Below, piece after piece: positions 1 to 12,331 of a stretch of 64,000 nucleotides of DNA (position 1 is its first letter; each line of letters opens with the position of its first letter). The DNA is from a virus. The notes beneath the pieces were generated by a model. The model was not told where the DNA came from. It saw nothing but the letters and a program-made list of their open reading frames with translations, and ran no database searches. The stretch is from the UHGV virus genome UHGV-0091736, one strand, 5' to 3'. Both the position numbers and the translations under genes were made by a program.

Positions 1-3000
1 GGTGCTCTTGTAGGTGCTGCTGAAGCTCAGAACAAGCATGGCGATGACACAACCTTTGCTAATGTATTAGAGGGTGCTATTGAAGAAGGTGCTATGGGTG
101 CTGCATTCGGTGGTGCAGTTGGTGGGGTTCATGGTTTGATTAGCCGTCCAGACTCTGCTGTCTTCAAGAATACTCCAGAGTATGCGAAGACTGATATTGC
201 TGCTGATGATGAACTGATTCGTAGTGCTAAGAATATTGATGAATTGAAAGAAGCTTATTCTAAAGCTGAAACTGCTAACGCTGCTTCCGCTCTTAATCTT
301 CTGGATGAGAATGGATTCCGTATCACAGATGCTGTTGCTGTAGACTCTCCTGCTGCTCAGCGTATTCTTAATACAGACCAAGCTCATGCTGAGAAAGCCG
401 CTTCTGTTCAGAAAGAACATTCCAACATTCCGGGCCTTAATCCTTTAGCTTCTCCTGCTAAGGTTCGTGGTAAAGCTTTCGCTGATAACGAGCACAACCA
501 GAAGCAGGCTGTTGCTATGAAGGATGCAATGGCTGACTACACCAAGGATAATACTAAAACTCTTACAGATGTTCTAGATAACCTAGATCGCGAATTAACA
601 TCTCTCCGAGCTTCTGGTGATTTTACTGGCAGCCCGATTGATATTAAGAATCGTACACAAGCTGACCGTGATTTCATTGATGCTTACAAGACTTTCTACA
701 ATGAAGCAAATCGATTTAAATCCCGTGAAGGTGAAGACTTTAATAACTTTGTAGAGAAAGCTACTGAACTACAGAAGATGGCTGATAATGTTTCTCCAGA
801 GATGAAGAAAGCTATCGGTGGGTTGAAGAAACTGAAAGGTATGCCTGAAGGTTTTAATCCTATCCAAGATGCTTACACTCTGAATAATACAGCCAAATTT
901 ATGAGTAACCAAGATCGTGGTTGGACTTCCCTGACTGATGATGGCTTCCGTGAGGCTTCTTCTCCTAGTCTGGTAATGAATACTCTTGGTGCTGCTAAAT
1001 ATGCTCTGAATCGCTTCTCTTCTCAGCGTGCTCGTTCTCAACGTGTTAAGCAACAAGAATCTAACAGTGAAGCTATCCGCTCTCTGGCTCGTGGTGATTT
1101 GGAAGTTGCTCGTGCTAAATCTACTGCTGATGAAGCTCGCGCTAAGATGGAAGAAGAGCCAGTTGTTGATGACATTAAATTTAAGACGCAAAATGACGTG
1201 GAAACCGAACCGGTTCGGGAGCCTTCTTCTAGTACTGTGACGGAAGAAAATCTTCCTTCTTCTGCTCCTCAAGAAACTCCTCTTACAGCTCGTGATTTAG
1301 TTGCGCAAAGACGTGCTATCCGTCAGGCTGAACAGCGTCGCGCTGAAGAGGAGGCATTGGCTGCTCAAGAAGCTCCGGTAGAACAATCTCCACAGGCTGA
1401 ACCTCTCCCTGCTCGTAACCCTTTAGAGGAGCGTCGTGCAATGGAACAGCAACGTGCTCAAGAAGAGGCCGTACAGGCTCCAGAACCAACCGTAGAGGAA
1501 CCAACAGTCAAAGCTGAGCCATTACCTGCCCGTGCTCCTAAAGCTCCTAAGGAAGCTGTACAGGACGTTAAACCGGCAAGTGGTGTAGAACGTTTAGCTG
1601 CTATGTCTAGTGCTGCTCGTCAGGCTACTAAAGATCGTGCAGAACGCTTTGCTCGTTCTCTGTACTCTAAGGCTGCTAAGGCTAAAGCTACTGCTGAAAA
1701 CTTCTTGGCTTATAAAGGTGACCCTAAGGAATTGATGCGTCGTATTCGTCAGGAAGACAATGCTATCAATACTGAACGTCATGAAGAAATGGCTCGTAAC
1801 CAGCTGGCTTCTCAGCAAGGCATTGCTACTGCTAAGAACAACACTGTACGAACTAATTTTGCTGAATGGGTTAAGGAACGTGGTCTGCCAGAAGACATTG
1901 CTACTAAGGCATTACGTGCTGAAGAGAAAGGTTTAGGTGGGAACGTAACTAACTTGGATAGTCTGAAACGTCGTGCTGAAAGGTTGTATCAGAAGCAGCG
2001 TGAGGATGAGTTTGATAGACTGTATCAACAAGCTCTAGAAGAGAACAAAGCTTTTGATAAGAAAGATGCTCCTAAGCTGGTTGACCAGAAGAAAGAGCTT
2101 CAGTCTGAGATTGATGCTTTGATTGATTCAGAACCTTTACGTCCTGCTCAGAAAGATGCTATGCGTAAGCTGATGAATGACTTTGTAGATGGGAAGTTTA
2201 AATCTTCAGAGAAGGCTGGTAGGGAAGAGGCTTTGGAAGTTGGTCAGATGAAGGATATTTGGGATGGGTTTATTAACACCTACAACAGAGAAGTGAATGC
2301 CTTCAACAAAGCTAACAAGAACTCTCAGTACGAAGCTGCTGCTAAGCATTTACAGGCTCGTGAAGAACGCCTTGCTACTCTGAAAAACAAAGCTCAGGCT
2401 CGTTCAGATGCTAAGGCTGCTGTTGAGAATGAACGTAAAACTCTAGAGGCTATTGCAGCTCAGAAGAGTGAGATTGAGAAGATGATGGAAGGTTTACCTA
2501 AACCTGTTCGTGAGGCTCAGGAATCTCGTACATTGAAACAGTTGGCTGCTCACCACGATAAGAACTCTCCAGTTCCTCCAGAGAAGTTCCGTAGTTATAT
2601 TGAACGTATCCATAACGCCGAGTCAGATTACCTTGATCGTCAGCGTCGTTTAACTGATGCAGAGGAGGATGCTCGTCAGGCTAAGTGGAACAAGATGTAT
2701 GAGCAAGCGGAAGAACTCAATCGTAAGTTTGATGTGGACAAGAGAGTTAAGCGCAGTGAAGAGCTTAAAGCAGCCCAAGAGCGTGAGAATGATCTTATGG
2801 CAGTACAACGTCAACGTGATGACATTCATCGCCGTCTGATGCGTACTATGGAAGATAAGGGAATATCTAGAGAGGATGCTGAAGCATTTGCTGGTTCCTA
2901 TATGGATAACCGTTATGCACTTCTTGAGAAGCCTATGACTCCGACTGAACATCAGAATGCTCGCTCTCGTATCGAAGCTGATGTTGAGAAGTTCGCTAAG

Positions 3001-3774
3001 AAGTATGAATCAATGACTCCTATCGAGAAAGAGATTGTTAAGGTTACTGGAGATACTGAAGGTAAACTTGATAACTTGGATGCGGATACTAGGAAGGCTA
3101 TTGAGGAGGCTCAGAAGGTTGACTCTGATATTAAGAAACTGCAAGAGGAAGAGTTGGAGATGGAGAAGGTTCGTTCTGCTCTGCCTGACGATGAAAGATC
3201 TCAAGCAAGTTCTGATATCTTGGAAAGCATTAAACAGCAGGAAGAAGCCTTTGCTGATAAAGCAGAGAAAGCGTTCTTGAATGGGAAGAGCTTGGATGAG
3301 TTAGTTAGTGTGGCTGAAGTTTTAGACAGAGTTCATGGTGCAGATAAGGCTGGTAACAACCGTCGCTTTGTACGTGCATTGCAGACTGCTGCTGAAAACA
3401 AGAAGAAGTATGGAGATAATCCGGTAGCTTGGTTTAGTGCTGATGATTATTCTGCCATTGCTAAACTTGGTGCTTCTTCCGCAGGTGGTAACAAATCCAG
3501 AGCACTGGAGAAGATCTTTGGTTCTACAGCTGAACAGGCTAAGAGTAAGTTGCTTGGTAGGGATGATGTAGCGAAGATGAGACGTGTGATTGAAGAGAAC
3601 CCTGATATTAAGATTCCTTCTTACAAGACAACGAATCGTACTGAGTACTTGCAGTTCTTGGAGAAGTTTAATGACGAAGGGAAGCCGAAGATTAAACGTG
3701 GCTCATTGTCAGAGAAGCTTGAACGCAGTAAGCGTCAATCGAGACTCCGTGTAAGAGTTCGACCTAAGGAGTGA
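1..3774 (+). CDS. Large coiled-coil-rich virion-associated protein, 5-prime partial (frame is open from window position 1); possible internal/ejection or tape-measure-like protein
   Basis: Over 1226 aa, Ala/Glu/Lys/Arg-rich with long predicted helical stretches, Gly/Ala-rich N-terminal part, basic C-terminus; same strand as the structural operon and followed by a terminator. Confidence 0.35.
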   Translation, partial: GALVGAAEAQNKHGDDTTFANVLEGAIEEGAMGAAFGGAVGGVHGLISRPDSAVFKNTPEYAKTDIAADDELIRSAKNIDELKEAYSKAETANAASALNLLDENGFRITDAVAVDSPAAQRILNTDQAHAEKAASVQKEHSNIPGLNPLASPAKVRGKAFADNEHNQKQAVAMKDAMADYTKDNTKTLTDVLDNLDRELTSLRASGDFTGSPIDIKNRTQADRDFIDAYKTFYNEANRFKSREGEDFNNFVEKATELQKMADNVSPEMKKAIGGLKKLKGMPEGFNPIQDAYTLNNTAKFMSNQDRGWTSLTDDGFREASSPSLVMNTLGAAKYALNRFSSQRARSQRVKQQESNSEAIRSLARGDLEVARAKSTADEARAKMEEEPVVDDIKFKTQNDVETEPVREPSSSTVTEENLPSSAPQETPLTARDLVAQRRAIRQAEQRRAEEEALAAQEAPVEQSPQAEPLPARNPLEERRAMEQQRAQEEAVQAPEPTVEEPTVKAEPLPARAPKAPKEAVQDVKPASGVERLAAMSSAARQATKDRAERFARSLYSKAAKAKATAENFLAYKGDPKELMRRIRQEDNAINTERHEEMARNQLASQQGIATAKNNTVRTNFAEWVKERGLPEDIATKALRAEEKGLGGNVTNLDSLKRRAERLYQKQREDEFDRLYQQALEENKAFDKKDAPKLVDQKKELQSEIDALIDSEPLRPAQKDAMRKLMNDFVDGKFKSSEKAGREEALEVGQMKDIWDGFINTYNREVNAFNKANKNSQYEAAAKHLQAREERLATLKNKAQARSDAKAAVENERKTLEAIAAQKSEIEKMMEGLPKPVREAQESRTLKQLAAHHDKNSPVPPEKFRSYIERIHNAESDYLDRQRRLTDAEEDARQAKWNKMYEQAEELNRKFDVDKRVKRSEELKAAQERENDLMAVQRQRDDIHRRLMRTMEDKGISREDAEAFAGSYMDNRYALLEKPMTPTEHQNARSRIEADVEKFAKKYESMTPIEKEIVKVTGDTEGKLDNLDADTRKAIEEAQKVDSDIKKLQEEELEMEKVRSALPDDERSQASSDILESIKQQEEAFADKAEKAFLNGKSLDELVSVAEVLDRVHGADKAGNNRRFVRALQTAAENKKKYGDNPVAWFSADDYSAIAKLGASSAGGNKSRALEKIFGSTAEQAKSKLLGRDDVAKMRRVIEENPDIKIPSYKTTNRTEYLQFLEKFNDEGKPKIKRGSLSEKLERSKRQSRLRVRVRPKE

Positions 3775-3783
3775 TAAAAGAAA

Positions 3784-3818
3784 AGCCCCCAATCGAAAGA
3801 AAGGGGGCTTTATTGTTT
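3784..3818 (+). terminator. Rho-independent terminator after the large plus-strand gene
   Basis: Stem AGCCCCC / GGGGGCT with 12-nt loop followed by a T-rich run. Confidence 0.55.
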
Positions 3819-3978
3819 CTAAGTTTTAAAAACCATCAAATTCGTCATACATCCCAATTTTCCTCGGCTGCTAAGTAAGACTCTTCTCTGGCTTTTATTT
3901 CTTCAATAATCTCTGTAAGGTGATTTGCCATTTTAAGCAATTCATCTAGAATATCTTGACTATAGATCATATTTCCTC

Positions 3979-4206
3979 CTAGATCAAATCATAATATTGA
4001 ATAATGTCTGAGAGCTTGAACTCTCGAATCTCATCTTTCTCTACATCAATCGCTGTCATAATCCAACAAGGTTTGCCACTGTTATGAAAACGGGAGCTAG
4101 CAACGGAGGTTCGGAGTGGAATAACGGACCGGTCAGCAACCTCGCCTCTCCAATTACGATAGCGAAAGCGAAGCACTTGTTGCGTAGATTTTTGATCATC
4201 ACTCAT
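3979..4206 (-). CDS. Hypothetical protein (about 75 aa)
   Basis: ATG overlaps the stop of the upstream HNH gene (ATGAGTGA), suggesting translational coupling; the longer track ORF 3979..4347 overlaps that gene. Confidence 0.35.
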   Translation of the reverse strand: MSDDQKSTQQVLRFRYRNWRGEVADRSVIPLRTSVASSRFHNSGKPCWIMTAIDVEKDEIREFKLSDIIQYYDLI

Positions 4207-4600
4207 TTCCTTTTTTGAATTGTTTTCTTGCATCATTCTCTTCTCTTGTTTTAATCTTATGACAAGGATCTTTACACAGAACCTGAAAACCTTCTTTCTC
4301 ACACAGGGCACGAGAGATGATTTCATCCCAAGTCGCTTCATGATCAAGAGGAACGATAGGATTTATATGATCTATAGCCATATCCTTTACAGGGTGGTCA
4401 GAACCACACATGGCACACTTAAAGTGCATTGCCAGTCTACCTGTCTTTGGATTAATCTTCTGCTCTGTCTTGGCGTCTGCTAGTGCATCGAACATGGGCT
4501 TCCACTTTCTAGTCAGAGAACGAATCCCTGACTTGATGAAAGAATTATAACGAGCTTCAGTCCACGTTCCACTACAGCGTGTCTTCTCAGACTTCGCCAT
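4199..4600 (-). CDS. HNH endonuclease
   Basis: CAMCG ... AIDHINP ... CHKIKT spacing typical of HNH zinc-finger nucleases. Confidence 0.6.
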   Translation of the reverse strand: MAKSEKTRCSGTWTEARYNSFIKSGIRSLTRKWKPMFDALADAKTEQKINPKTGRLAMHFKCAMCGSDHPVKDMAIDHINPIVPLDHEATWDEIISRALCEKEGFQVLCKDPCHKIKTREENDARKQFKKGNE

Positions 4601-4776
4601 AATCAGCTTCTTCCCAAACTCGTTTGTTTACACGATGGCTTACTTTGCCCTCACGAGGAATACGACCAGTCCGCTGATCAAACAGTTGATGCTTGATCTT
4701 TTGGTCTTTACGGGATTCACGATTGGAGGAGTTTTCATCATATGAACGATAATCAAATTTACCCATTATAATATCC

Positions 4777-5289
4777 TTATTTTATCCAGTCTCTTTCTAT
4801 ATATGAGGTTGTGAGCTTATATCTCTCTGCTTCAGGTGAGAAGATGACTATCACACTTCCTTTAGTGTTACCACTAACACTTTGCTGTGTATCTGCTCTT
4901 GTGAAACTCACACGACCACCTGTTATGAAAACAACCTCATCAGCATGGTTTATACACTTAGTAAACCACTTAACAGAAGTATCAGCTGGTAGTAATAAAA
5001 CTGTACCAACTTTAAGTTTCTTGTTTTTAATTGCCAAGTCAATCCAAGGAGTTATATCTGAATATGGAGGATTACACCAAGTGTAAGTGTTTCTGAACTC
5101 AGAGAAGTCATAAGTTAGAGAATCCATTTCCTCTGTTATATATTTTTCTAGTAGGTGATTCTTATCACTAGACGCTATATCACAAGAGAATTCAAATCTT
5201 TCGTTAAAGAAATCAAACAGCCATTTAGGGGTTTGCCACAAATCTCTAATGTCTTCTGGGGTATTACTAGATCTATAATCTGTTACCAT
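4777..5289 (-). CDS. DNA N6-adenine methyltransferase (phage Dam-like)
   Basis: WQTPKWLFD and CNPPYS motifs. Confidence 0.7.
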   Translation of the reverse strand: MVTDYRSSNTPEDIRDLWQTPKWLFDFFNERFEFSCDIASSDKNHLLEKYITEEMDSLTYDFSEFRNTYTWCNPPYSDITPWIDLAIKNKKLKVGTVLLLPADTSVKWFTKCINHADEVVFITGGRVSFTRADTQQSVSGNTKGSVIVIFSPEAERYKLTTSYIERDWIK

Positions 5290-6119
5290 TCTCTATCCAA
5301 CCATGTCCAATCAAATAAATCTTCCGGAGTCTGACCAACAAAAAGTAGCCGAGCGTTCTCAAGCATCTTCTCTTCATCTTCAGTGTCGAACTTCTTATAG
5401 TATTCCATTCGTACTATATGATACATGGTCCACTTATCTGTAACATCAGCCAGTAATTTAGCTGCTGCCTTCTTCCCTATACCTTGACGTCGAAGCTGAA
5501 GCTTGCCGCCCCACATAACTTCTTTACGTTCTCCACATCCGGGGATATTATCCGTACCGTCTCCAATCAACATTTGATAGAAGAAGTTTTGCCATGAGAC
5601 TAAATCAGATACATAATGAGGGGGAACCTCTTTCTGTCTTTCTCCACAAGCCCAGCGATAGTGCCATCCGGGGGTTATTAATAAATCTTTGTCTCTAGTA
5701 CAGATGATAGTGTTCTTGTCTCTACGCTGCCTCTCAGCTAGAGCGTCATCAGCTTCTCTACCAAAGACGTCAACATGCTCATAGCGCTCTTTGATGTAAT
5801 CTCCGACCGCTTTCCAGTGGAAGGGTTTCTCAGATATCGCTCGATTACCTTTATAATCTTGTTGCTTAGCAATATCGAAACGGAAGTTACCACCTTCGCT
5901 GAAGTAGAATACAACCTTACTACAGCCTGAGCGAGCTATGATTGTATCAATCTTATACTGAAGTCGTTCAATCATGAAATTATAATCAACTGGAACACGT
6001 CCTGTGTCAAGGAAGGGATGCTCCTGGGTAAGAGCACCTACCTCGTATCGAAGAACGTCACTGTCTATTATGGCAATCTCTGGTGGTGCCGGTGTTTCCT
6101 TATTCATCATTACCTCCAT
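5283..6119 (-). CDS. 5-prime to 3-prime exonuclease / flap endonuclease
   Basis: LIGDGTDNIPG ... GIGKKAAAKLL helix-hairpin-helix signature of the FEN family. Confidence 0.75.
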   Translation of the reverse strand: MEVMMNKETPAPPEIAIIDSDVLRYEVGALTQEHPFLDTGRVPVDYNFMIERLQYKIDTIIARSGCSKVVFYFSEGGNFRFDIAKQQDYKGNRAISEKPFHWKAVGDYIKERYEHVDVFGREADDALAERQRRDKNTIICTRDKDLLITPGWHYRWACGERQKEVPPHYVSDLVSWQNFFYQMLIGDGTDNIPGCGERKEVMWGGKLQLRRQGIGKKAAAKLLADVTDKWTMYHIVRMEYYKKFDTEDEEKMLENARLLFVGQTPEDLFDWTWLDREW

Positions 6120-6570
6120 GATGTCTCACCATGTGGCAATTGGCACATAACATCACACACTTATCCAGTTCAGGTTTCATTGTCTCAAACCCTCTCTTAT
6201 TACTAGGGTTAAAATCTTTTTGTGTTGGGTCTAGATGGTGAAATTGGTAAACACATTGCGGGAACACTCCTTTGCAATCAAAACACTCTCCTCCCATGTA
6301 TTCTACAGCCAGTCTTTTTGTGTTTCTCCGTATTCGGTTTTCATTGTTTTGTCTATGCCGTCTGTTATCAGAATACCACTTATTAATCCGTTCCCTATTA
6401 CAAGACCTGCATGTTCCTGTTACCCCGAATTTACAGCTTTTATGTGGGTGAAAATCTTTTAACAGCTTAACCTCTTTACAAACATTACAGATCTTTGTAA
6501 TGACAGCATCCACTAGAGCAACTTCAGGGAGCTTAACTTCTTCCATAAATATCATCCTGAGCTTGAGCAA
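6100..6570 (-). CDS. HNH endonuclease
   Basis: FHHLDP ... CANCH motifs with several CxxC pairs. Confidence 0.65.
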   Translation of the reverse strand: MLKLRMIFMEEVKLPEVALVDAVITKICNVCKEVKLLKDFHPHKSCKFGVTGTCRSCNRERINKWYSDNRRHRQNNENRIRRNTKRLAVEYMGGECFDCKGVFPQCVYQFHHLDPTQKDFNPSNKRGFETMKPELDKCVMLCANCHMVRHHGGNDE

Positions 6571-7134
6571 TAATCCAATCTAGGTCTGATACTGCTGATT
6601 CAATAGTTGAGTCATTATACAGTAGATATGTTTTTCTCTGTTCTCCTTCAATATACGAGCGAGAATCTCCATCAAAAGAGCAACCATCTCTAAGAACTTG
6701 GACAACTTGGACATGGAAATTCTTTTCTAGTTCTCGTATCTCTGCATCAAAACCTCCGTCAGTAAACACGACAATATCATCCTGACCTAGTCCTTCTTGT
6801 TTGATGCTTTTTACAGCAAGGTTCCCCATATGATTGTTGCCAAACATAGGTTTTAAGAAATCTTCACTTGTGGAAATCATCAGATCTCTTACAGACTTCC
6901 CTCCCCATTCTGGTCTAGGTTTTTCTTTCCATTCACGATCTTCATAGCGTGCTAGAAAGTTCTCTAGAGGTATGCCTAGTGCAGCAGCAGCTACCTTATA
7001 CATCGGCTCCTTGAAGGATTTGGTTAAATAACCATGATGGTAAGAGTGTGCATTTACCCAAGCACTAGCTATCGTATCTTTACCACAACCCGGAGGTCCA
7101 TTGAGAATTACTACTAAGGGTTTAGACTCACTAA

Positions 7135-7144
<10 letters not shown>
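6533..7144 (-). CDS. P-loop nucleotide kinase (dNMP kinase-like)
   Basis: Walker A LNGPPGCGKDT near the N-terminus; GKDT is the variant I recall from T4 dNMP kinase. Confidence 0.55.
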
Positions 7145-8630
<1,486 letters not shown>

Positions 8631-8631
<1 letters not shown>

Positions 8632-8891
8632 TATTCTATTCCACGCTCTTTCAGAGCTTCTAACAATCCATTGTGATTAGCAGCACATTCTGTGTACTGG
8701 TCCTGATACCACTCCAACGTAGTGGCTAGTGCTTTTCCTTGAGCACTTTCTAAAAGAGGTAGGTCAACCCTACATTCAGCTTTTAGGTTTGTTGGTAAGG
8801 GCATTGATTGCCTGCTGTTGTCGCTCGTTGAACAAGCTGACATACTCATCACTAGCGCAGACATTATAAAAAACTGGTTTAGTTTTCTCAT
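8631..8891 (-). CDS. Small lipoprotein, o-spanin-like (overlapped with the next gene in another frame)
   Basis: Signal peptide ending in a lipobox-like MSAC when started at MRKLNQ; overlaps the 3-prime part of the TM/coiled-coil gene. Confidence 0.3.
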
Positions 8892-9126
8892 AATGCATCT
8901 CTTTATAAACGGTTTCCGTGTTCTTCTTCCAGTTAGATAAACCGGTAAGAACCCTCTGAGCAACTTCATCAGCTGCTCTATTTCTTTCAATCTCTAACTC
9001 TTGTTGATGTTTCTCTTTGTCCAGATTACTGCTGTCTGTTTGATATTCGTTAAACTTCATACCACCAAAGAATACAAGAGCTGAGAAAACGATAAACCCT
9101 AAGTTATCACTTAATGTGTTTTGCAT
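8776..9126 (-). CDS. N-terminal TM plus coiled-coil protein, i-spanin-like
   Basis: Hydrophobic helix LGFIVFSALVFFGG then helical periplasmic region; GGAG 7 nt upstream of ATG at 9126. Confidence 0.35.
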   Translation of the reverse strand: MQNTLSDNLGFIVFSALVFFGGMKFNEYQTDSSNLDKEKHQQELEIERNRAADEVAQRVLTGLSNWKKNTETVYKEMHYEKTKPVFYNVCASDEYVSLFNERQQQAINALTNKPKS

Positions 9127-9135
9127 GTTGTCTCC

Positions 9136-9165
9136 AACGAAAAAAGCCACCCGGAGGTGGCTAAG
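9136..9165 (-). terminator. Rho-independent terminator downstream of the SSB-like gene
   Basis: Hairpin AGCCACC-CGGAG-GTGGCT flanked by A-run/T-run. Confidence 0.5.
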
Positions 9166-9183
9166 CTATAACAAGGAGAGTTA

Positions 9184-9930
9184 TTAGAATGGGCTATCGT
9201 TGTCGTCTTCGTAAGTAGAAGCAGGCTCTTTATCAATCGTAGGGATTGAAGGAGTAGCTTCTTTCTGCTCTGTTTCAGAAGCACGAGTAATTTCACGACC
9301 AGCCAGAGGCATGTTCTTAGCGTCATTAGCTTGAGTAAGCAGGTTGCGCTGGAACGGGAACATCAGTTGATAGGATGCTACGTTCTCATCGGTTTCAGCA
9401 TACGGTTCGAAGAATACCAGAGGACTACGAGCTTCACCAACTGCTGCACGATATTTGGTTGGGATTGGAGAAATGGTCTTGATGGAGTTTTTAACTTCAC
9501 CAGCTTTGTTAGTATAAGAGTTAACCAGAATGTTAACAGGCTGACCTAACAGAACATCCTTGAACCAAGACAGATCACCTTTCAGTGCTTGAATACTTGG
9601 GTCAATCATCTTGCAAAGATCAAGAATACCAGAGTTCTTAGCTCGTGGGTTTACATCATAGCTCTTGAACTGGCAAGCCGGACGCGGTTCTAATGCCTTA
9701 CCATCGGAATCTTTACCAGTAGCATCAACGCCAATCAGCTCGAAAGCTAAATCCATACGGAAAGCCGGATTCTTAGGAGTTACTGCTTTGGTCTTCGGGT
9801 CAATCCAAGGGTCACGATTGTGAACACCTAAACCTACTACACGAACGATACGTGCTTCGTATTCGCCATCAGGGATTACATCGTAGTTGGATTTACGGGA
9901 AGAGGTTGCGATAGTTGGAATCATGCTCAT
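9184..9930 (-). CDS. Single-stranded DNA-binding protein (T7 gp2.5-like)
   Basis: Acidic C-terminal tail ending in Phe (YEDDNDSPF); flanked by a long promoter-like region and a terminator. Confidence 0.5.
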   Translation of the reverse strand: MSMIPTIATSSRKSNYDVIPDGEYEARIVRVVGLGVHNRDPWIDPKTKAVTPKNPAFRMDLAFELIGVDATGKDSDGKALEPRPACQFKSYDVNPRAKNSGILDLCKMIDPSIQALKGDLSWFKDVLLGQPVNILVNSYTNKAGEVKNSIKTISPIPTKYRAAVGEARSPLVFFEPYAETDENVASYQLMFPFQRNLLTQANDAKNMPLAGREITRASETEQKEATPSIPTIDKEPASTYEDDNDSPF

Positions 9931-9988
9931 TATTAATTTCCTTATTTAATTTGAAAGATTGTTGCTCTCTTTGAGCGGTTATGTATAA

Positions 9989-9997
9989 TATACATTA
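9989..9997 (-). promoter_or_regulatory. TAATGTATA promoter-like element upstream of the SSB-like gene
   Basis: Exact 9-mer on the minus strand about 60 nt upstream of the start at 9930. Confidence 0.4.
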
Positions 9998-10524
9998 CAT
10001 ATATAGTGTAGGAACTACCGGAAGGTAGTAGGTTTTGTCCAAACAAAAGTCTCTTTAGAGTTATTTATTGGGGATTGCCTCTTATAAACCCGAGACTGTC
10101 TAGCAGTTACATAAGCCCTAGCTCTCTGTAGCTGCATACTTATGATTAAATTTCATGGTAGTATATCTCTAAGTGCTATAATGTATATAAGTTATAGCTG
10201 ATAAAGTTATTGCACGGGACTGACGACGATAAGGCGCAGACGACAATCTCTCATAAGTTTGTAAGAAATTGAGAGGCTACCGGAAGGGCAGGAGCCACCT
10301 GCGAGATAAAAATAGAGAATTAAGGAATCCTTGATTTAGGTTGTAGGGACTCCTAGGGACTTTGATTCTCTATTTAAAAGAATAAATAATTATTATATCT
10401 AACACTAAACAAATTGATACAAAAACAAGAAACTTCTTGTAAATACTCATTAATTATTACCTAAATAGTTAACTAGTTTACTTAATATTAATCTCTGATA
10501 GAATCTTTAGATACTACAGGTTCT

Positions 10525-11028
10525 TTAAATAATGAGATCTTGCTCTTTTCTCCTTTCATCAAAAACCTTCCTAATCTCTTGCAGAGAAACAGCTTTATAA
10601 TCAATTTGCTCCATTGATGTACAGAAGTATCTCCAATCATCAATTACATGGTTATGAGTATGAGCATAAATATTAAACTTCCCTCTCATCTCATCAGTGT
10701 GAATAGGAATATGAGTTACCCAAAACTCTTTATATTTATAATCACCTGAGATTCTACGGAAGACTTTCATCATATCAGGAAGAAGTTCTAACCTGTCATG
10801 ATTCCCTAAGACTAAATGCTTCTCTCCTTTTACTTCAGCGATGATATCAAGGGCATATTTTTCAAATACCCAATCACCGGTAAAGAAGACTTTATCACGC
10901 TTAGTTACATGATCAAATGCAGCTAGAATTGCTTTGTCATGCTCTTCAATATTCTTAAACTGTTTACGAAAACTACAGATGTTACGATGGCCTAAGTGAC
11001 CATCTCCTGCAAAATAAACTTCAGCCAT
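10525..11028 (-). CDS. Metallophosphoesterase (calcineurin-like phosphoesterase / phosphatase)
   Basis: GDGHLGH ... GDW ... GNHD ... HTH motifs. Confidence 0.7.
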   Translation of the reverse strand: MAEVYFAGDGHLGHRNICSFRKQFKNIEEHDKAILAAFDHVTKRDKVFFTGDWVFEKYALDIIAEVKGEKHLVLGNHDRLELLPDMMKVFRRISGDYKYKEFWVTHIPIHTDEMRGKFNIYAHTHNHVIDDWRYFCTSMEQIDYKAVSLQEIRKVFDERRKEQDLII

Positions 11029-11037
11029 AAAGACCTC

Positions 11038-11226
11038 TTAAATTATACACCCATTACAAACATAGTCTCCACTAAGAGACTCTTGTAATAAACGATTTTG
11101 TTCCTCTGAATATAAAGAATCTACTAACTCCTTTAACTCTGAAAGAGTAATGAAATCAATAGTATTTCCATTATCTAAAATAGAAGAGTTAAGTAAGTAT
11201 TCATTATCTTTAATCTTATTAATCAT
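11038..11226 (-). CDS. Hypothetical protein
   Basis: ORF only. Confidence 0.3.
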   Translation of the reverse strand: MINKIKDNEYLLNSSILDNGNTIDFITLSELKELVDSLYSEEQNRLLQESLSGDYVCNGCII

Positions 11227-11523
11227 TCTTCATCTCCTCCTACTTCAGCGTATACTTTAACTTTTCCCTTAAGGATTACCTTTGAAGCATTAGCGCTTTC
11301 TTCGGAGTGATGTACAATGGTCATCTCTTTCTTTCCAATCTTATATGTGTGAACCCAAATCATTCTTCTTCCTCATATTCCCAATTTCTTTCATAATAAC
11401 CAGAGCTATAACATAGAGTGCATTTCTCAGCCTCTTCTATGTCATCGGTGTTTAAGATATTCACCCACCCTCCACCCTCATCAAAACCTTCTTCTGCTTC
11501 ATTAATCCATACGCTATATTTCT

Positions 11524-11934
11524 TCATCGAATCACCAACGGCTCTTCAGAGTACATAGGAGCGGATATTTCTACAGGAGGTGCTGCCCTAAGGTCGTTAA
11601 GTCTTACACCCTTCAGCATACCATCTAGGTGGTCCTTTTTGGGGATTCCAACAGGGAAGTCGTCAATCCAGATATCTACAAAGAAACCTAACTGTCGACA
11701 TACCTCATCCTTCTGCACACCATTACAAAAGATGACAGGAATTTGCAGGGTTTCTGCATCGTAGAGGATATCTACATTATCATAACCATTAGGCTCTGAG
11801 AAACGGAAAGTCACGAATCTTACATCATGTCCATACTCTTTCATTAAGCCTATCACATCTCTCCACAGACGTCTATCTGCTGTGTAAGTGTCATCATAAT
11901 CTAAACCAATATTCATATCAAATCCTTTAGACAA
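11524..11934 (-). CDS. HAD-superfamily phosphatase-like protein (possible nucleotidase)
   Basis: DxDxT motif (LDYDDT) near N-terminus and a later DD motif (WIDDFP). Confidence 0.45.
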   Translation of the reverse strand: MSKGFDMNIGLDYDDTYTADRRLWRDVIGLMKEYGHDVRFVTFRFSEPNGYDNVDILYDAETLQIPVIFCNGVQKDEVCRQLGFFVDIWIDDFPVGIPKKDHLDGMLKGVRLNDLRAAPPVEISAPMYSEEPLVIR

Positions 11935-12331
11935 GAAAAGCCGCCCGAAGGCAGCTTCTTATTTAACTGTTCACTTTAGCTTCAAGTGTTTCATTTTCAA
12001 TGCTCAAGTCAATCACTACACCAGTTAACTCAACGACTGCTTGGCGAAGGGCATCTTTACCCATAGAGTGTACTTGAGTTAAGAAGAAAGCTTTCCCTTC
12101 TTCAGTGGATAGGGTCTCTTTTAGTTCAGTTGCAGTCATTCTTTTCCTCTCTCTCTTTCCATAATTCAGCTAATTCTAAATAGTATTGTGCTTCATCAGC
12201 ACGTCCTTGTTCGTTACAGATAGCACTTTGACGATAGCACCAATCCGATGGCATCTCTTCCACTTCAATCTCCTTGTTATGAGCTAATCAATAAGACTAG
12301 TTCATTTGTATTCTAGTCTTTCAGTTCTGAA

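Noticed and set aside
67-3280. Several short ORFs inside or antisense to the large plus-strand gene (67..420, 769..1272, 1028..1240, 1316..1504, 1594..1818, 2650..2952, 2657..2839, 3010..3204, 3035..3280)
   Set aside because: All are fully contained in the 1226-aa plus-strand ORF and have low-complexity or atypical composition; most likely frame artefacts.
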